A stretch of 33,963 bases of DNA from Mesotaenium endlicherianum (taxonomy: Eukaryota), in the NCBI GenBank assembly GCA_009602735.1, contig WELA01003054.1, positions 132,408 through 166,370 on the forward strand, given 5' to 3'. Within the stretch, counting starts at the first letter, position 1, and each line of letters begins with the position of its first letter. The notes beneath the pieces were generated by a model. The model was given only the letters and a program-made list of their open reading frames with translations, did no database searches and was not told the DNA's origin. This document shows, piece by piece, positions 1 through 12,906 of this stretch. The position numbers and the translations under genes are program-made.

Positions 1-262
1 CAAGGGTCCCCCCCCTCCGGCTGTATCCAGCCAGAGCACGGCCACTGCCAGAACAGCATCGAGGAGCCAGCTGGCAGCGCCGTGCTAAGAAAGATATGCG
101 GCTTTACATGCAATGACATCTTAGAGCTTACACTACACGTGCAACCTATACGACAAGTGCAAATGTAGGAGCAGTTAGACCATGAAGATCCTATCATGAA
201 GTGCGAGTTGAGGAGCAGCCTGAGACAGCTTGCGTGATAAGAATGAGGTGTACACGCTGTAC

Positions 263-374
263 CTTGAGCACACAGCCTTCACCAATGACGCTCTCGGAAA
301 TGTCGGCGTCAAGAAGCATGGAGGGGGGCAAGTAGCGCGCCTGGGTGTAGATTGGCGACGACTTATCATAAAAG
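263..374 (-). CDS. APS1: AGPase small subunit exon 6
   Basis: 112 nt, (S)[37 protein letters not shown]; donor GTACAG. Confidence 0.94.
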
Positions 375-3300
375 CTGCGACGCCAACACAACATAGTCAT
401 TTCTCAAGTCAGTCAGCGAATGATAAACGACCGGGAACCAGAGGCCCGATATTACTACTGGGTACTGCAGCGCTTGTTCGAGCCAGTCCAAAAAGGCTGC
501 TCTGGACCACGCATACAGACGAACCGGTTGCAGGCTTGTCATGCCCCGTCAGTACAACATTGCAATTTAGATCACATGTCACGCATGCAAGTTCTTGTCG
601 AGACTGACTTATTTATTACATGCGTAACAGGGAGCCCTAATGTTACAAACCACTCTAGCATGCTAACAGGCAACCTAACCCCCCTCATTGAGAACCATAT
701 GATGGCTGCAAAGAGAGACCAGCCCAATGACAGAAGAACCTGGGGGGAGCAGTTGCAGCTCTGACGCTGATTTCTAAACATCATCAGTCCCATGTGACTC
801 TCTTTGCCATGCATAGGCCTTGCAAGTGACTGGACAAACAACATACTCATTCCTCTGCTTCTACCCCTGGTATATATGCCCCATGTGACAATTATGCCTG
901 CATAGCTCCTCACAGCCAAAGGTAACCTCAAACTAGACTTAAAGGATCACCTGAAAGGAGGGTTCTTCTGGGTGATGCCAAGGTTGGCCTCGTAGAAGGC
1001 CTCAATGGTACCAATGTCCTCCCAGTACCCGTCAAACAAGTAGGCTTGCACCTGCTCAATTAGCAACCCCGACAATTAAGCAAAGGAATTGTTGAACTAC
1101 CCGATACTATTTAGTGCTTAGCGTGATGCATAACCATGTCCTACATAACTCTTGACATGCCTGCCCCGGCATAAGCCCCCAAAGGCACCTTTTAGGAGGA
1201 AGGATGCGGGGTAATGACAACGTACAGTTGCACCCTGCCTTGTTGCTCCTGGGATGACTTCGCTGCCGAAGTCGTTGGCATCTGGGAAGTCACTCCTAAG
1301 GAACTTGACCATAGCCTTCTTGCTGATGACATAAATACCCATGGATGCAATGTATGGCAGCTCCTTAGCTCTCTCAGAGTCTAGTCCAAGTACTGTGGTG
1401 TCCACCTGTTTCTCAATGAGAGACGATAATGTCAGGAAGATTCCAGGGAAGCAATTCGTTGGCACCTAAAGCTAGGCACAGAAAGGACGAACATATTACC
1501 CAACACGTGAAAGCCAAACATGAACGAAAAACAATAGCTCCCAGATTGCATGAGTGCTGAGACTTCGCTTGCATCTGTCCTTGGCTAAATCGACCTGCTT
1601 GCAGCTAAAACTGCCTGTGCCATTTAATATCATATAGAAGAAGAGCAAATTCAGCCGTGGCGCTTATACTAGCTCAACCGTCCCCACCAAAGCAGTGCAT
1701 GCAGCAAGTATTAGGCCTTCTCTGCCCTCCAAAGAAGCAGACAATACAAAAACCAAGCATGCTTCCTCTGTCAGTTTACAATCACATGCATGTACCTGCA
1801 TCCTTCTCAAAGCATCACCCTTAGGCTTCTCCGAGAACTCAGTGATGCGTCCTTTGTCATCGATCTTCATCAGACCAAATGCTGTGGCTCTCTTTTCGTC
1901 CATGGGAAGGGCAGCTACAGTGATGTCAGCATTGTTCTCCCGGTGACACTTAATAAATTTTTCGTAATCCATGCGATAAAGCTGATCTCCGGCAAGAATA
2001 ATGTAGTCCTGAACATCTGCCTCCTCAAGCAGCCATAGATACTGCCTCACAGCATCGGCTGTACCCTGCATTGACTCAAAACATGTGTGCCATTGTTAGC
2101 AGCTGCATCACAAATTCCATGACACTTCATAGAAATGCACTGTGGCAACGCCAAATCTCCAGCTCAAATCAGGAAAAACCATGCAGCTCAAGTATGTGTT
2201 CAAAAAAGGTGTGGCAGAGACAAAAAGAAGCATGGAAGGATAGGTCCAGACCTGACCATTTATAAGCAATGCAAGGTGTTGCTAAGAGATGCCCATACAG
2301 TACAACAAAAGAAAAGGGCTTCCTGAAATGTTCCAGTTTCAGAAAGAGTGCTTTTGCATCCAGGTGCATATTATCCTCCTGCTCTAAGTCAAAGCCATAG
2401 TGCCTATACACCTGATTCAAGCCAAATAGACTAGAAGGACCTAGAACAGAAACCTGTTTCCATTGATCCTTCTCTTCAACCGTTTAAGATTCAAGTTTAT
2501 GAGCAGGCGCCGATGGTAATAATTGAAGGAGGACGAGTTCCTTAATGAATCTCTTTGCATGGAAGATATTGTTCACAAAAAAACACAAACCATCCAGACA
2601 GTCATGCCCTTACATTTTTGTTTCATACCTGTGGGTGACACTACCATAATTCACCTATATCAATAACCAGCTAAACTCACGTGCTGTTTCATATTTTATG
2701 GACTTATTGACATGATTGAGGTTCACTAAAAACTTGACCCAGATGGGTCAACAGTATTGCACATAAGGTAATCTGATATGCCGATGTCCTTAACACTCTT
2801 GGCCTGACATTTTGATGGCAACCATGCAACATCCTTACACACCCTTACTCACCACGTATCCCCTCACTAAATGCCTTAAGGACAAAGACACGTAACAGGG
2901 AGCTGCTTCATGAACTGTATAGGAGCAAGACACAGAAGTACGACATGCTGGGATGGACGAAAATATATAAGTACCTGAAACCAGTTAGGATTTTCAGGAC
3001 TCTGTTGGGCAGCCAGCACCTCAACGAAACCTTCGTTCTTGTAGCTTCCCATGTTGCTAGCATATGCTCTAGAAAGATGGCGATTGAGGGATGCAGAGTT
3101 GAACTGAGTGAGGACATAGATTTTGCGGATGTTGCTGTTGATGCAGTTGCTGACAGGAATATCAATGAGCCTGTAGTTACAACCCAGGGGAACAGCAGGC
3201 TTGGCACGCTTCTTTGTGAGAGGGTACAGCCTCGTTCCTGCACCTCCTCCAAGAATAACTCCAAGGACACTCTGCCAAATGGACGGAACGTGCAAGACCG

Positions 3301-3945
3301 ATTTCAGGTACCTGAGACCAGGATACAGTTCTGCTCAAAGCTGTTGCTAACTCATACATAGCCCAGAGATTAAGGTCGACATCATAAAATGCTAGAAGGA
3401 TATACTGTCCGCTGCTAACTACACCGTAAGTCAGGGCAAGTACTCTTCATGGCAGGTCCAGTCCCCTTAATGTGTTCCGCAACAAAGTCTCAATTCTCTT
3501 TAGGGAATGTTTCAACACACAAAAAATAAGGGTCTATAAAACTCTGGGTGTCATTCAGGGACAAAATTGATCAATACAGAAGGAAAAAGGATGTAGACAT
3601 GTAAGATAGAACCATTTCATTGTAGAGAGAGAACCATATTGAAGAGAATATGGTACATACTGAGCCAACGTCCAGGTTGTCTGATCCGATGTTTGAGTCG
3701 GAAACTGCACGAGGGGTGACTACTGAGCTGACTTGCTTCCTTGCAGTCTTTTGTGAGGCAAAACGAGCTAAAGATACATCCCCCCACAAGGATGAGGTAG
3801 CCGATTGAAGCTTGCTCTTTCCAGCTCCAAGGAAGCTTGTACTCTGAGCTGCTACTGCATTTTTCTTGCCGGATTGAGAGGCACCTATGCTCAGCTGAGA
3901 CAATGCAACAGACACACCATTCTGCAAAGCTGCAGCAGAAGTCAT
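263..3945 (-). CDS. APS1: ADP-glucose pyrophosphorylase (glucose-1-phosphate adenylyltransferase) small subunit, chloroplastic; 6 exons visible, 3' exons lie beyond the left window edge
   Basis: Spliced translation gives the diagnostic motifs [69 protein letters not shown] and [11 protein letters not shown]. All five internal introns are GT-AG and phase-consistent. The Ser/Ala-rich N-terminus resembles a transit peptide. Confidence 0.96.
951..1051 (-). CDS. APS1: AGPase small subunit exon 5 (not in the ORF track)
   Basis: 101 nt, [33 protein letters not shown](S); phase-2 donor GTGATC. Confidence 0.94.
1226..1405 (-). CDS. APS1: AGPase small subunit exon 4
   Basis: 180 nt, VDTTVLGLD...ASMGIYV...[16 protein letters not shown]. 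Confidence 0.95.
1796..2065 (-). CDS. APS1: AGPase small subunit exon 3
   Basis: 270 nt, [11 protein letters not shown]...[14 protein letters not shown], including the Glc-1-P-binding Lys motif. Confidence 0.96.
2975..3271 (-). CDS. APS1: AGPase small subunit exon 2
   Basis: 297 nt, [17 protein letters not shown]...NPNWFQ; CAG acceptor, GTACTT donor. Confidence 0.96.
3661..3945 (-). CDS. APS1: AGPase small subunit exon 1 (transit peptide to AVSDS...DVGS)
   Basis: ATG at 3945; S/A/K-rich, acid-poor N-terminus; PRAVSDS motif as in plant small subunits; donor GTATGT at 3660. Confidence 0.88.
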
Positions 3946-6900
3946 CGCAACAAAATGTCTATAGAGACGTGCCGAAAGCGGCCTGTTGACACTCAGTAGT
4001 CAATGTTAATATACTTGATATCCCAGATTTAGGAACACTCTCCGTCTTACTTCGTCTGCTTGCTGTGAAAAAGAGATTACATTTACGCGACTGGTGTGCG
4101 CTGGTAGTCTAGCTCTGCAGCGTGTGCACCTTACCGCTTCCGGGGGTTTCATGGGAGGTGCCGGAGGGATATCCTAGCTGGCGGTCATAGTGGCCGGCTG
4201 CAACGCCAAGTACATGGAGCAACATGGAGCAATTTTTGAACTATGCCAGTTTTGGAAGGTGTCGAAAGGAGCACAATATGATAGCCAAATTTGTGGACCC
4301 CCGGTGCCAGCGTGGAGAATCTTTCTGGCAGCAGATCCCTACAAAATGCTGCAGAATGCCCATGAAATGACCTTAATATTCTAAGCGTCACATCCAACGG
4401 CGTTGTTTGGCGCTGTCTCATCGTGTGCACAAGAAGGACGGAACCAGTCCGAACATGATCTATGAAAAAGAATTTGACCGTACCTTTTCTTGAAGAAAGA
4501 TAAATGAACTCAAAAACAAAACATCGTCAATCAGCACGCATGGATCGATGTCGCGATTGATAGACGACTGTAAGGTAATGGCAAAAACTTATTAAGGCTC
4601 ATTATTTATGTTCGCTGGACGAAACGTTTTGCTTTAAGCGCCCGGATCCACTCGGCTCATGCGCTCCAAAATTGTCCGGATTTAGTCCGTCAGATCCTTT
4701 TGCTGGCTGCACCAATATACGCAACTACAGATCACATCATTTTGCGTACCTCATTCCGACTTTTTCCGAGTGTCCACCTTCGGATTCCATCTTATTTCGA
4801 ACTCCTCTTCAAATGCATGAGATTAGCACAACCTAATCTGGTCCCCAATTCTCTCTATAAGCTCCGCTTTTGCGCCAATATTTTTCTACGAGATGTTTCT
4901 CCATTATGCACATAATAAGTACTTCCAATCATCATATTTGTAATTCAGCTAAACTCATAATGGTCAACAACAAAATTTTTGCCACGCTCGAGAAGCAACT
5001 TACGTTTATACTCGGGGCCAGTCATGATCATGTATTCTTTGACAATAACCACGAACTCATCTAGTAATTCACATTTTAATCACTTTGTTTACTTTTTCAG
5101 AATTTACATGCTAAAACTTTATCACGCGAAAATAATTTGAAGTTGCACAAGAGACAGACATATATGCTCATAGCAAAACATGAAAGAAATGCACATATGC
5201 TTTGATATCCCCTATTTACTGTTTTCTTTCTCATTGAACAATGAATTTAAAGCTCAAAATAACCTTATGAAATGTTAAAAGAGGTATTTAGCTGTTGTGA
5301 GCTACATACTCTTTCAACTATACTACCAACGTCTCTTTGATCTATATCATTTATAGCACCATTTTCCATGACTTTCCACGTATGTATTTGGACCAATAAA
5401 ATTGTTACATTGAGAAAATACGAGTTTCTACGTTATTCAATTCATGTTGATTGATATGTCTTGTAGAAGCGTCAAGCAATGCTGCATAACATAGAGAGAC
5501 AATCATGATCAGCTTATGAGTGCACAAAGTCTTTATTGTCAAGGGTGACATTGTCACTTGTCTTTTGTAGCTGCAACAATCTGAAAAGATTCAGAATAAG
5601 ATCACAAAAATCTCTAGCATAAGACGCAACCTACATTGAATAAAGTAGTATCTGCACCAATCTTTAAAAGGTGGAAGCTTGTTAATATACATCCTTCTTG
5701 TGATAAGATTTGTCATAACTACACAATACCACTCAAAAATATAGAAAACAACACATATGTATACAAAGAAAGAAGTAACAACACTTTTAAGGTTTTCTTG
5801 TGAATTCAATCGCTTGCCCTTGTCCATTCTCCACTGTAACAACACATTGTGACGCACCACTATCTTCAAACCATCTGAAGTAGTTTGTAGAACTACTACT
5901 TCAAATTCTCGGATAGATTTTGAAACAAATATAGACGCATTACTACTTGAACCTAGTTATTGAACCTAGTTATGATGAAATTGTTTGTACGTCCATTTTT
6001 CCTTGAATATTGAAAGTATGCTTTCCAACGTTCAGAAATTGATTAGATGTACATCATGCAAAATTAAATCACTGAGGCCTTTACTGAAACGTTATAGCAC
6101 AAACATTCGCCAGCAGGGCCTTCAAGTCGAGTAGCAAAAAAAACTTGCTATTTTATGTTAGTGACCATTCTTTGAAAATCTACATAGTTTAAACGTGACA
6201 AAGACCACCTTAATATAGCACTTGAGTTATGCAGCGGTGAACCCTAACATACACGTTTAGACACAAGTTGTGGCCTGATACCTAGAAATTCAAGCAAGTA
6301 TGTAAGTTGAAGGCAACAAGACATATTTAGTGCAACAACGATGCTATAAGAATGTCACATCCTGAAAAGTAGTATGTGAGTGGTTAAGTGTGTGCATTTT
6401 TGGCGCCATGGAATATATGACATCCTAATAAATGTGAAGTGATATATTTATAGGAAGTAAGACCCGTGTCAAAATGGAAGGGTGGATAATTTTTTATATG
6501 GTTCATTACACCGTTAAGTCACATCTTAAACAAGAAATTTGGACATCTCTTTAACAAGTTTTGAGACTGAAGGTATCGACGGCCAAGCTTCTTATTCTCC
6601 TCACCCTTAATTTTTAGGAAGATGAAGGGAGCAACTAGACAGGGAACCAGGTATCTCAAGGCACGGGCCGTTTGATCGTGGCACGCGATATGAAGAAGCC
6701 AGATATGCTAAAGGAGGACAACGTAGGCCAAAAGGACAAAGTTCCTCTGAAGAACTTTTGATATTCACATATAGCTGAACCTCTTAGTTGAGATATGTTT
6801 CTTTGCAATCATTACCGAGACAACACATTGCCTGCATATATTTGTCAACATTCGATCACGCATCCATGCCCTCACCCCGAGCTTGCAATAACACAATCAC

Positions 6901-7593
6901 ATAATCACTCCAGCTGATGGAATAATAGTTCTGATTTCTGTACGAGCCGCAAGGCTGTATACTTGTATCTTTTACCTGGGCGGGGAATGTGAAGACTTCC
7001 CTTCGCTATGCTACGAATCTAGTCTACATTGAGAAGCTCGGGTCAGAAGTCCAATGGCATACCTACCTGATGTCTTACAACATCTGCTTGCTCATCCTGA
7101 TTCCTCACCTTCTTCATACATGTGCAGGTTGCAATAAGGAAGGGTCGCACATATCTACAATACAAGGGAGCTGGCACCAGATGCAGGCCATGACCAGCGT
7201 GCATGCCCCAGGCCACTCTAGATATATACAGCTACGCTCAGCAGCCTAGCTCCTGGGCCCAATCATACGCAAGCTTGACGAGTACCGATACTCCAGCTCA
7301 CTGTTGCGCTCCATAGAGTGCAAAGAGCTTGGCAAGCACAGTGGAGGTCCAGGGGGCAGTCCCGGGCCACGATTGACGCGCGCCCGCACAGCAGCAGCTC
7401 ACTCTCAGCCCACCCTCAGGGGCCCTTGGCAGAGGCGACCGATGCCTCCCTCCCGCAGCTAACGAGAGGGCCACAGGCGTGGGCCACAGTCAGCCGGCCC
7501 TCCCAGCCTCCTCCCTGCGTTGGCCTAGTTGGTGGAACACACAGTGTCTGCAGATGCGCACGCATGCATGCGCTCGAATGCACAGCGTGCGGC

Positions 7594-7872
7594 CTAGAGC
7601 TCTCGAGCCGGGGCGGCAATGAGCGACCTGCAGGCCTTAAGCGTGGCTTCCAGAGACTGCGTGCGCAGGAGGGCGTTCCCGCCAATGTCCTCGTTGGAGC
7701 TCGCGGTCCCAATGTGGTCCCGCCCGTGCCGCTGGATCTCCTCCGCCACCCAGTCAATGAGCTGCCGCCACTTGTCCTTCTGCGAGAACACAAGCCTCCT
7801 GACGTGGTGCTGCGACAGCGCTAGCTTCGCCACAAACTTTATCATCACGTACCGCTTCGGGGCCGAGCAGCT
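7594..7872 (-). CDS. USP24: USP24-like terminal exon
   Basis: SCSAPKRYVMIKFVAKL...W...IDW...SSNED...LLRTQSLEATL...; TAG at 7594-7596. Confidence 0.9.
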   Translation of the reverse strand, partial: SCSAPKRYVMIKFVAKLALSQHHVRRLVFSQKDKWRQLIDWVAEEIQRHGRDHIGTASSNEDIGGNALLRTQSLEATLKACRSLIAAPAREL

Positions 7873-10665
7873 CTGCAGAAAGAAAAATTCCCCCCACACC
7901 CCCCCCAAAAAAAAGGACGCAGGGAAGAGATCCCAAGAAGAGCAGTGAACCTCCAGATCAGGCGCGCGCCCGTCGACCCATACATATCCACAAGGCACTG
8001 CACATTCTTTCTGGAAGACATACAGCTTACGACTTGCAATTTCTTTTCTTTGGAGAATGCTTCTGCCGAGGAAGGAAGCGCTACGCCATCTCCTCGTGCT
8101 GCAGGTGCCACCTCACTCTTCACCCCAAGGCATCTGGAAGATTCAGAATCGTGAAGGTTTAGGAGGACTAGTGCTCGACAAACTCTCAGACGGTGCCACC
8201 AACCCCCCTCCTAGTGCTTGACATAGCCTTCCCGAAAGGCCCCGTCCAGGAGGACAAAGCTTCCATCTTCTGCCCCAGCAGCGCCTGGTACTACACGAGG
8301 CAACCAAGAGGCTTTCACACGAAGAAGCTCCACTTGCATACACCTCCCGGAGGACACCTGGCAAGAGGCATGTTTCTAGCAGGCTGCCGCTTGCGCAGGC
8401 GCAAGCACAGAAACAGTCACTCAATCTGGCAGTGAGTCATGCAGGGCAGGAACAGTTCCCGACACATGGAGAACATCAAATCGTGTGCAGACACGAACGA
8501 GGGCAGCTGCTGTGCCCGCCGTGCGGCAGCTGGCATTATGAGCTGCACTGGCCGCAATCTTCCTGCTGTTCTCCTCTCTGGGCAGAGCTTTTGAATCAAA
8601 AAGTACCGCAGCAATTGCGACGTGTAATTTTTTAGAGGAGACAAGCAGTGCTCGAGGGCAGGGGGCTTGCACCATCAAGTTTTGCCGCAACCCCCATCCC
8701 TGCACGCCCTAACTCTGCTCCTTTGTGCACAACAAGCACAACCATGCATGCGTGCAGGCACGGCCACCCCCACATGCGCGCGTACACACATGACCACGAG
8801 TAGCACTAGCACAGGAGCCCACGCACGCACCCACGTACAAGGATGAGCAGAAGGGAGAGAAGAATGCCAGGTCCAAACAAGGGACCTGAGCAGGAGATAA
8901 CAAGCAGGCAGAGCTGAGCACATTGCCCCCAGTAATGTAAGACGCATGAGGCTGTGATGACGTTTGGTGGTAAGTTACGACAAAAGGCAGCTTGAGTGAC
9001 GCCAAGAGAGTCTGGGCCTGAGAGTGGCAGCAGCTAGGTTGGGTGAGGCAGGAGGGCCCTGGCTTGAGAGTGGCAGCAACGCACCCGGGACATGAGCATG
9101 TCAAACATGGAGGGCGCGCGGAACGCCTCGACTCCCGCAATGATGGCATCTTGGCGGCTCTGCACACAGTCGCAGAACACATAAACACGCGCACGCACAC
9201 GCATACGCACACACACGCATGCACACGCACACGCATACGCACACACACGCATGCACACGCACCCGCAACACACACACAGACACACAACAGGCACCACAGG
9301 GGGCCCGCATCTTTGAGAAGGTGTACCACAACTAATGATTCCACAGTCTACATCATTTACTTCCACTATGTTTCAGGTCGTTCCCACCCTGGAAAGGGGG
9401 GAGGCGTTCTCACCCTGGAAAGGGGGGAACAGGGGGCAAGCTTCTCTCCACCATACAAATTGCAGGAGTTCAATATCTGCCTGCATCAGATTCAGGAGTG
9501 CTACGCATCCGAGGCGTAATTTTTAATTACAACCTGCGCCAGCGAGGGTGCTGCAGAAGCCCACAAGAGAGGATCAAGGAATTGAGAAACGGACTCGACA
9601 GACAGCCTCTGTCCCAACCTCCCACTCCCTTTGACCTCCCAGACCTATGCAACATCAGCCAGGCACTTTGCATTGCGCAACCTGAATGCCCCGGCATACC
9701 TCGGCCACTCTCATTCACCCTCGCAGGCGCATCCACTGAACCCATCTGGTGTGACATACTTGTCAGCTTGTTTGCTCTTGCAAGCTAAATTGACACGACA
9801 GACGCACCTGTGTTTGGAACACTGCAGCCCAACCAACCTCATATATTTGTCATTTGTTTTAAATGTGTAAGTCCTTGCCTCCCCCCCNNNNNNNNNNNNN
9901 NNNNNNNNNNNNNNNNNNNNNNNNNNNNNNNNNNNNNNNNNNNNNNNNNNNNNNNNNNNNNNNNNNNNNNNNNNNNNNNNNNNNNNNNNNNNNNNNNNNN
10001 NNNNNNNNNNNNNNNNNNNNNNNNNNNNNNNNNNNNNNNNNNNNNNNNNNNNNNNNNNNNNNNNNNNNNNNNNNNNNNNNNNNNNNNNNNNNNNNNNNNN
10101 NNNNNNNNNNNNNNNNNNNNNNNNNNNNNNNNNNNNNNNNNNNNNNNNNNNNNNNNNNNNNNNNNNNNNNNNNNNNNNNNNNNNNNNNNNNNNNNNNNNN
10201 NNNNNNNNNNNNNNNNNNNNNNNNNNNNNNNNNNNNNNNNNNNNNNNNNNNNNNNNNNNNNNNNNNNNNNNNNNNNNNNNNNNNNNNNNNNNNNNNNNNN
10301 NNNNNNNNNNNNNNNNNNNNNNNNNNNNNNNNNNNNNNNNNNNNNNNNNNNNNNNNNNNNNNNNNNNNNNNNNNNNNNNNNNNNNNNNNNNNNNNNNNNN
10401 NNNNNNNNNNNNNNNNNNNNNNNNNNNNNNNNNNNNNNNNNNNNNNNNNNNNNNNNNNNNNNNNNNNNNNNNNNNNNNNNNNNNNNNNNNNNNNNNNNNN
10501 NNNNNNNNNNNNNNNNNNNNNNNNNNNCCCCCCCCCCCACCCTTCCCCCCTCTCAACAGTTGGTCACAGCAGGCCCTCCTGGATTGCAACGCCTGTTGAG
10601 ATTCCAAGTCGTTGAGAAAAAAAAGGGACATCCTAGAGCATCCAACGCTCAACTTTGCCGCCTGC

Positions 10666-10752
<87 letters not shown>

Positions 10753-12844
10753 GAGAAAAGAGGGAGGGGGGGAGGGAGGGAGACTCACGCCTGTGAGGAC
10801 GTCCTGGATCTCCAGCAGGCGTCCGAGAAGGAGGAGCAGGGGGCGCGCTTCCAGGGGCCCGCTCGCTCTCGTCAGCGCCATGACCACCTCCAGCAACACG
10901 TTCTGCGCCGTGAAAAACCATCCCACGGCCCCAAAACCATCCAGGGCATCACTTCTTACATGAGTGCCAGCTCTCCTTCTGAGATGCACCAAAAGAGATG
11001 TGCGTACGTGTGTGTGTGTGTGTGTGCGCGCGCGCGCGCGCGCGGGCACACGCCACAAAGTCTTAGAAGAGCGGCCGGGAGCACAACTGGTGCAAGGCAC
11101 AGGGACCTCCAAGATGAGGAAAGCCACGCAACACCGAAACTTGTGTATACAGGCCGGCACATTGGGGAGATGCATGCAGCTGCCAGAGGAGGATGGGCCT
11201 CTCAAGTAACAAGGGAAGTGGCCTCAGCCTTCAGGGTGGGACGCCATACGTACCCCGGAGAATGCTTCGCACTGCCAGCTCAGGAACTCGCACATGCGGA
11301 TCACTTCCACGTGGTCGGGGCAGCTCTCCACCTGGCAACGATGCACACACGCACGAACGCGGGCACAACCGGGCAAGAAGACAGGCAGGAGCAGAGCATA
11401 AGCAGAGCGCAAGAAAAGAGGCGCGTACGCCCGCAAAAAGAACAGAGGTTTGCATTGACAGCAAGGAGGAGCCTCCACAACAGCAATTGCCTATCTCTGT
11501 CTCTCTCAGCGAGCTTCCTTCCCTATGGCCCCAATAGGGCACAGCTATCCAGGAGCTTCGCAGGGCAGCAACCAGCAACCCAAGCGCAGGCATGTGCAGT
11601 GGGAGGGGGGCGCGTGTATAAGCCCTTGCACGTGTATAAGCGTTTGCGCAAGTCCTCCATCCCTTCATGCACACAGAAACAAGTGCACAAGCAGGTGCAA
11701 ACAGGAAGCGTTAAAGGAGCCAGCCAGCCAGCCAGCCAGCCCGCCCTAACCTTTGATCTCATCTGGGGCTGTGGGGAGGCTATGGGGGCAGAGCGCTCAC
11801 AAGGATGCGCAGGAAGTGCGGCTTCTTGAGGACTTCCATGACCTCGTCCGGCAGCTTGGCCAGGGGGGTCCCCAGAGCCCAGGGGTTGCTGACGGCGCCA
11901 CCTGGCGTGACCGAGGGCGGCTCCTCATCTGCTCCATCCTCCAGCACCATGCGCTCAGCTGCCACTGTTACAAGCAATACCGGGCCATGCCTGGATAGAC
12001 GCTTCAGAAAACGATGCTCACCTAACACCTGTTCCAAATTCAGTTCGGCTCATTTTGGTTCAGCTCGGCTTGGCCCCGCTTGGGCATGGGAGCAGAGCCA
12101 AGCAAGGCCGGGTGACAGGCGCGGCCGTGCCAACAGACAGGACATGCAAGGGAGGGTGAGACAACGAGCCTCGCTAGCCCCTCCCGCTAGCCCCCCTTGC
12201 TGGCCCCCCTCGCTAGCCCCCAATGCTTCGCAGCATAAGCGTTGTGAAACCTTCGGTGTGCATAGACAGCAGCATAGAGCTATACCAGTCGTGCGGAAGT
12301 GGAAGCTCTTAATCAGCTGGCAGCAGCACGCGACGGGGGACCAGAGGTCGCTGGGAGGAAATTCAGAGGTGCAGGAATAACCCGCCGCACGCGTGTTCCA
12401 GCAAAGCTGCTGACAGCGACGAGGCGCGAGAGAACATTTCACGGCAATGCAAACAAAAACATACAAGCCCAGCAACAGCGGCCGAGATGAGTGCGAGGAT
12501 GGCGCATGCTTGTGCACACGCACGCGCTTGTGCCTACACGGGAGAGGGCGTGGCACGCACGCACCTTGGAACTTGGAGGTGTCGCAGCTGCGGACGAGCA
12601 GGGACATCAAGGAGAGGAGGATAGGGAGGTCCACTTTGTGGACGAATGCAGACATTGCCACTTTCAGCATATAGGAAACCTGTCCCCCCCCTCCAAAAGA
12701 GCCCCAAGCGCAGCCACGTATCACAGCCAGAACGCGCGCCTCCCTCCGCACCAGAACACACGCATGATACATTTGCTGCCCTTTGCGGCACACACATACA
12801 CTCACAGCAGCAGGGTGCAACTCCATGCGAGGCACGCGCGAGGT

Positions 12845-12906
<62 letters not shown>

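Noticed and set aside
5591..5869. 92-aa hydrophobic minus-strand ORF
   Set aside because: Non-ATG start, AT-rich composition, no recognisable homology or supporting gene structure.
6132..6154. Hairpin plus T run resembling a bacterial terminator
   Set aside because: Short AT-rich stem in eukaryotic intergenic DNA; expected by chance.
9711..10754. ORFs spanning N runs (also 22733-23680 and 30870-32169)
   Set aside because: Artefacts of translating Ns; only the embedded exon parts are real.
10612..11829. 405-aa plus-strand ORF
   Set aside because: Antisense to USP exons and kept open by microsatellites (HTHT/ERER) and high GC; no recognisable domain.
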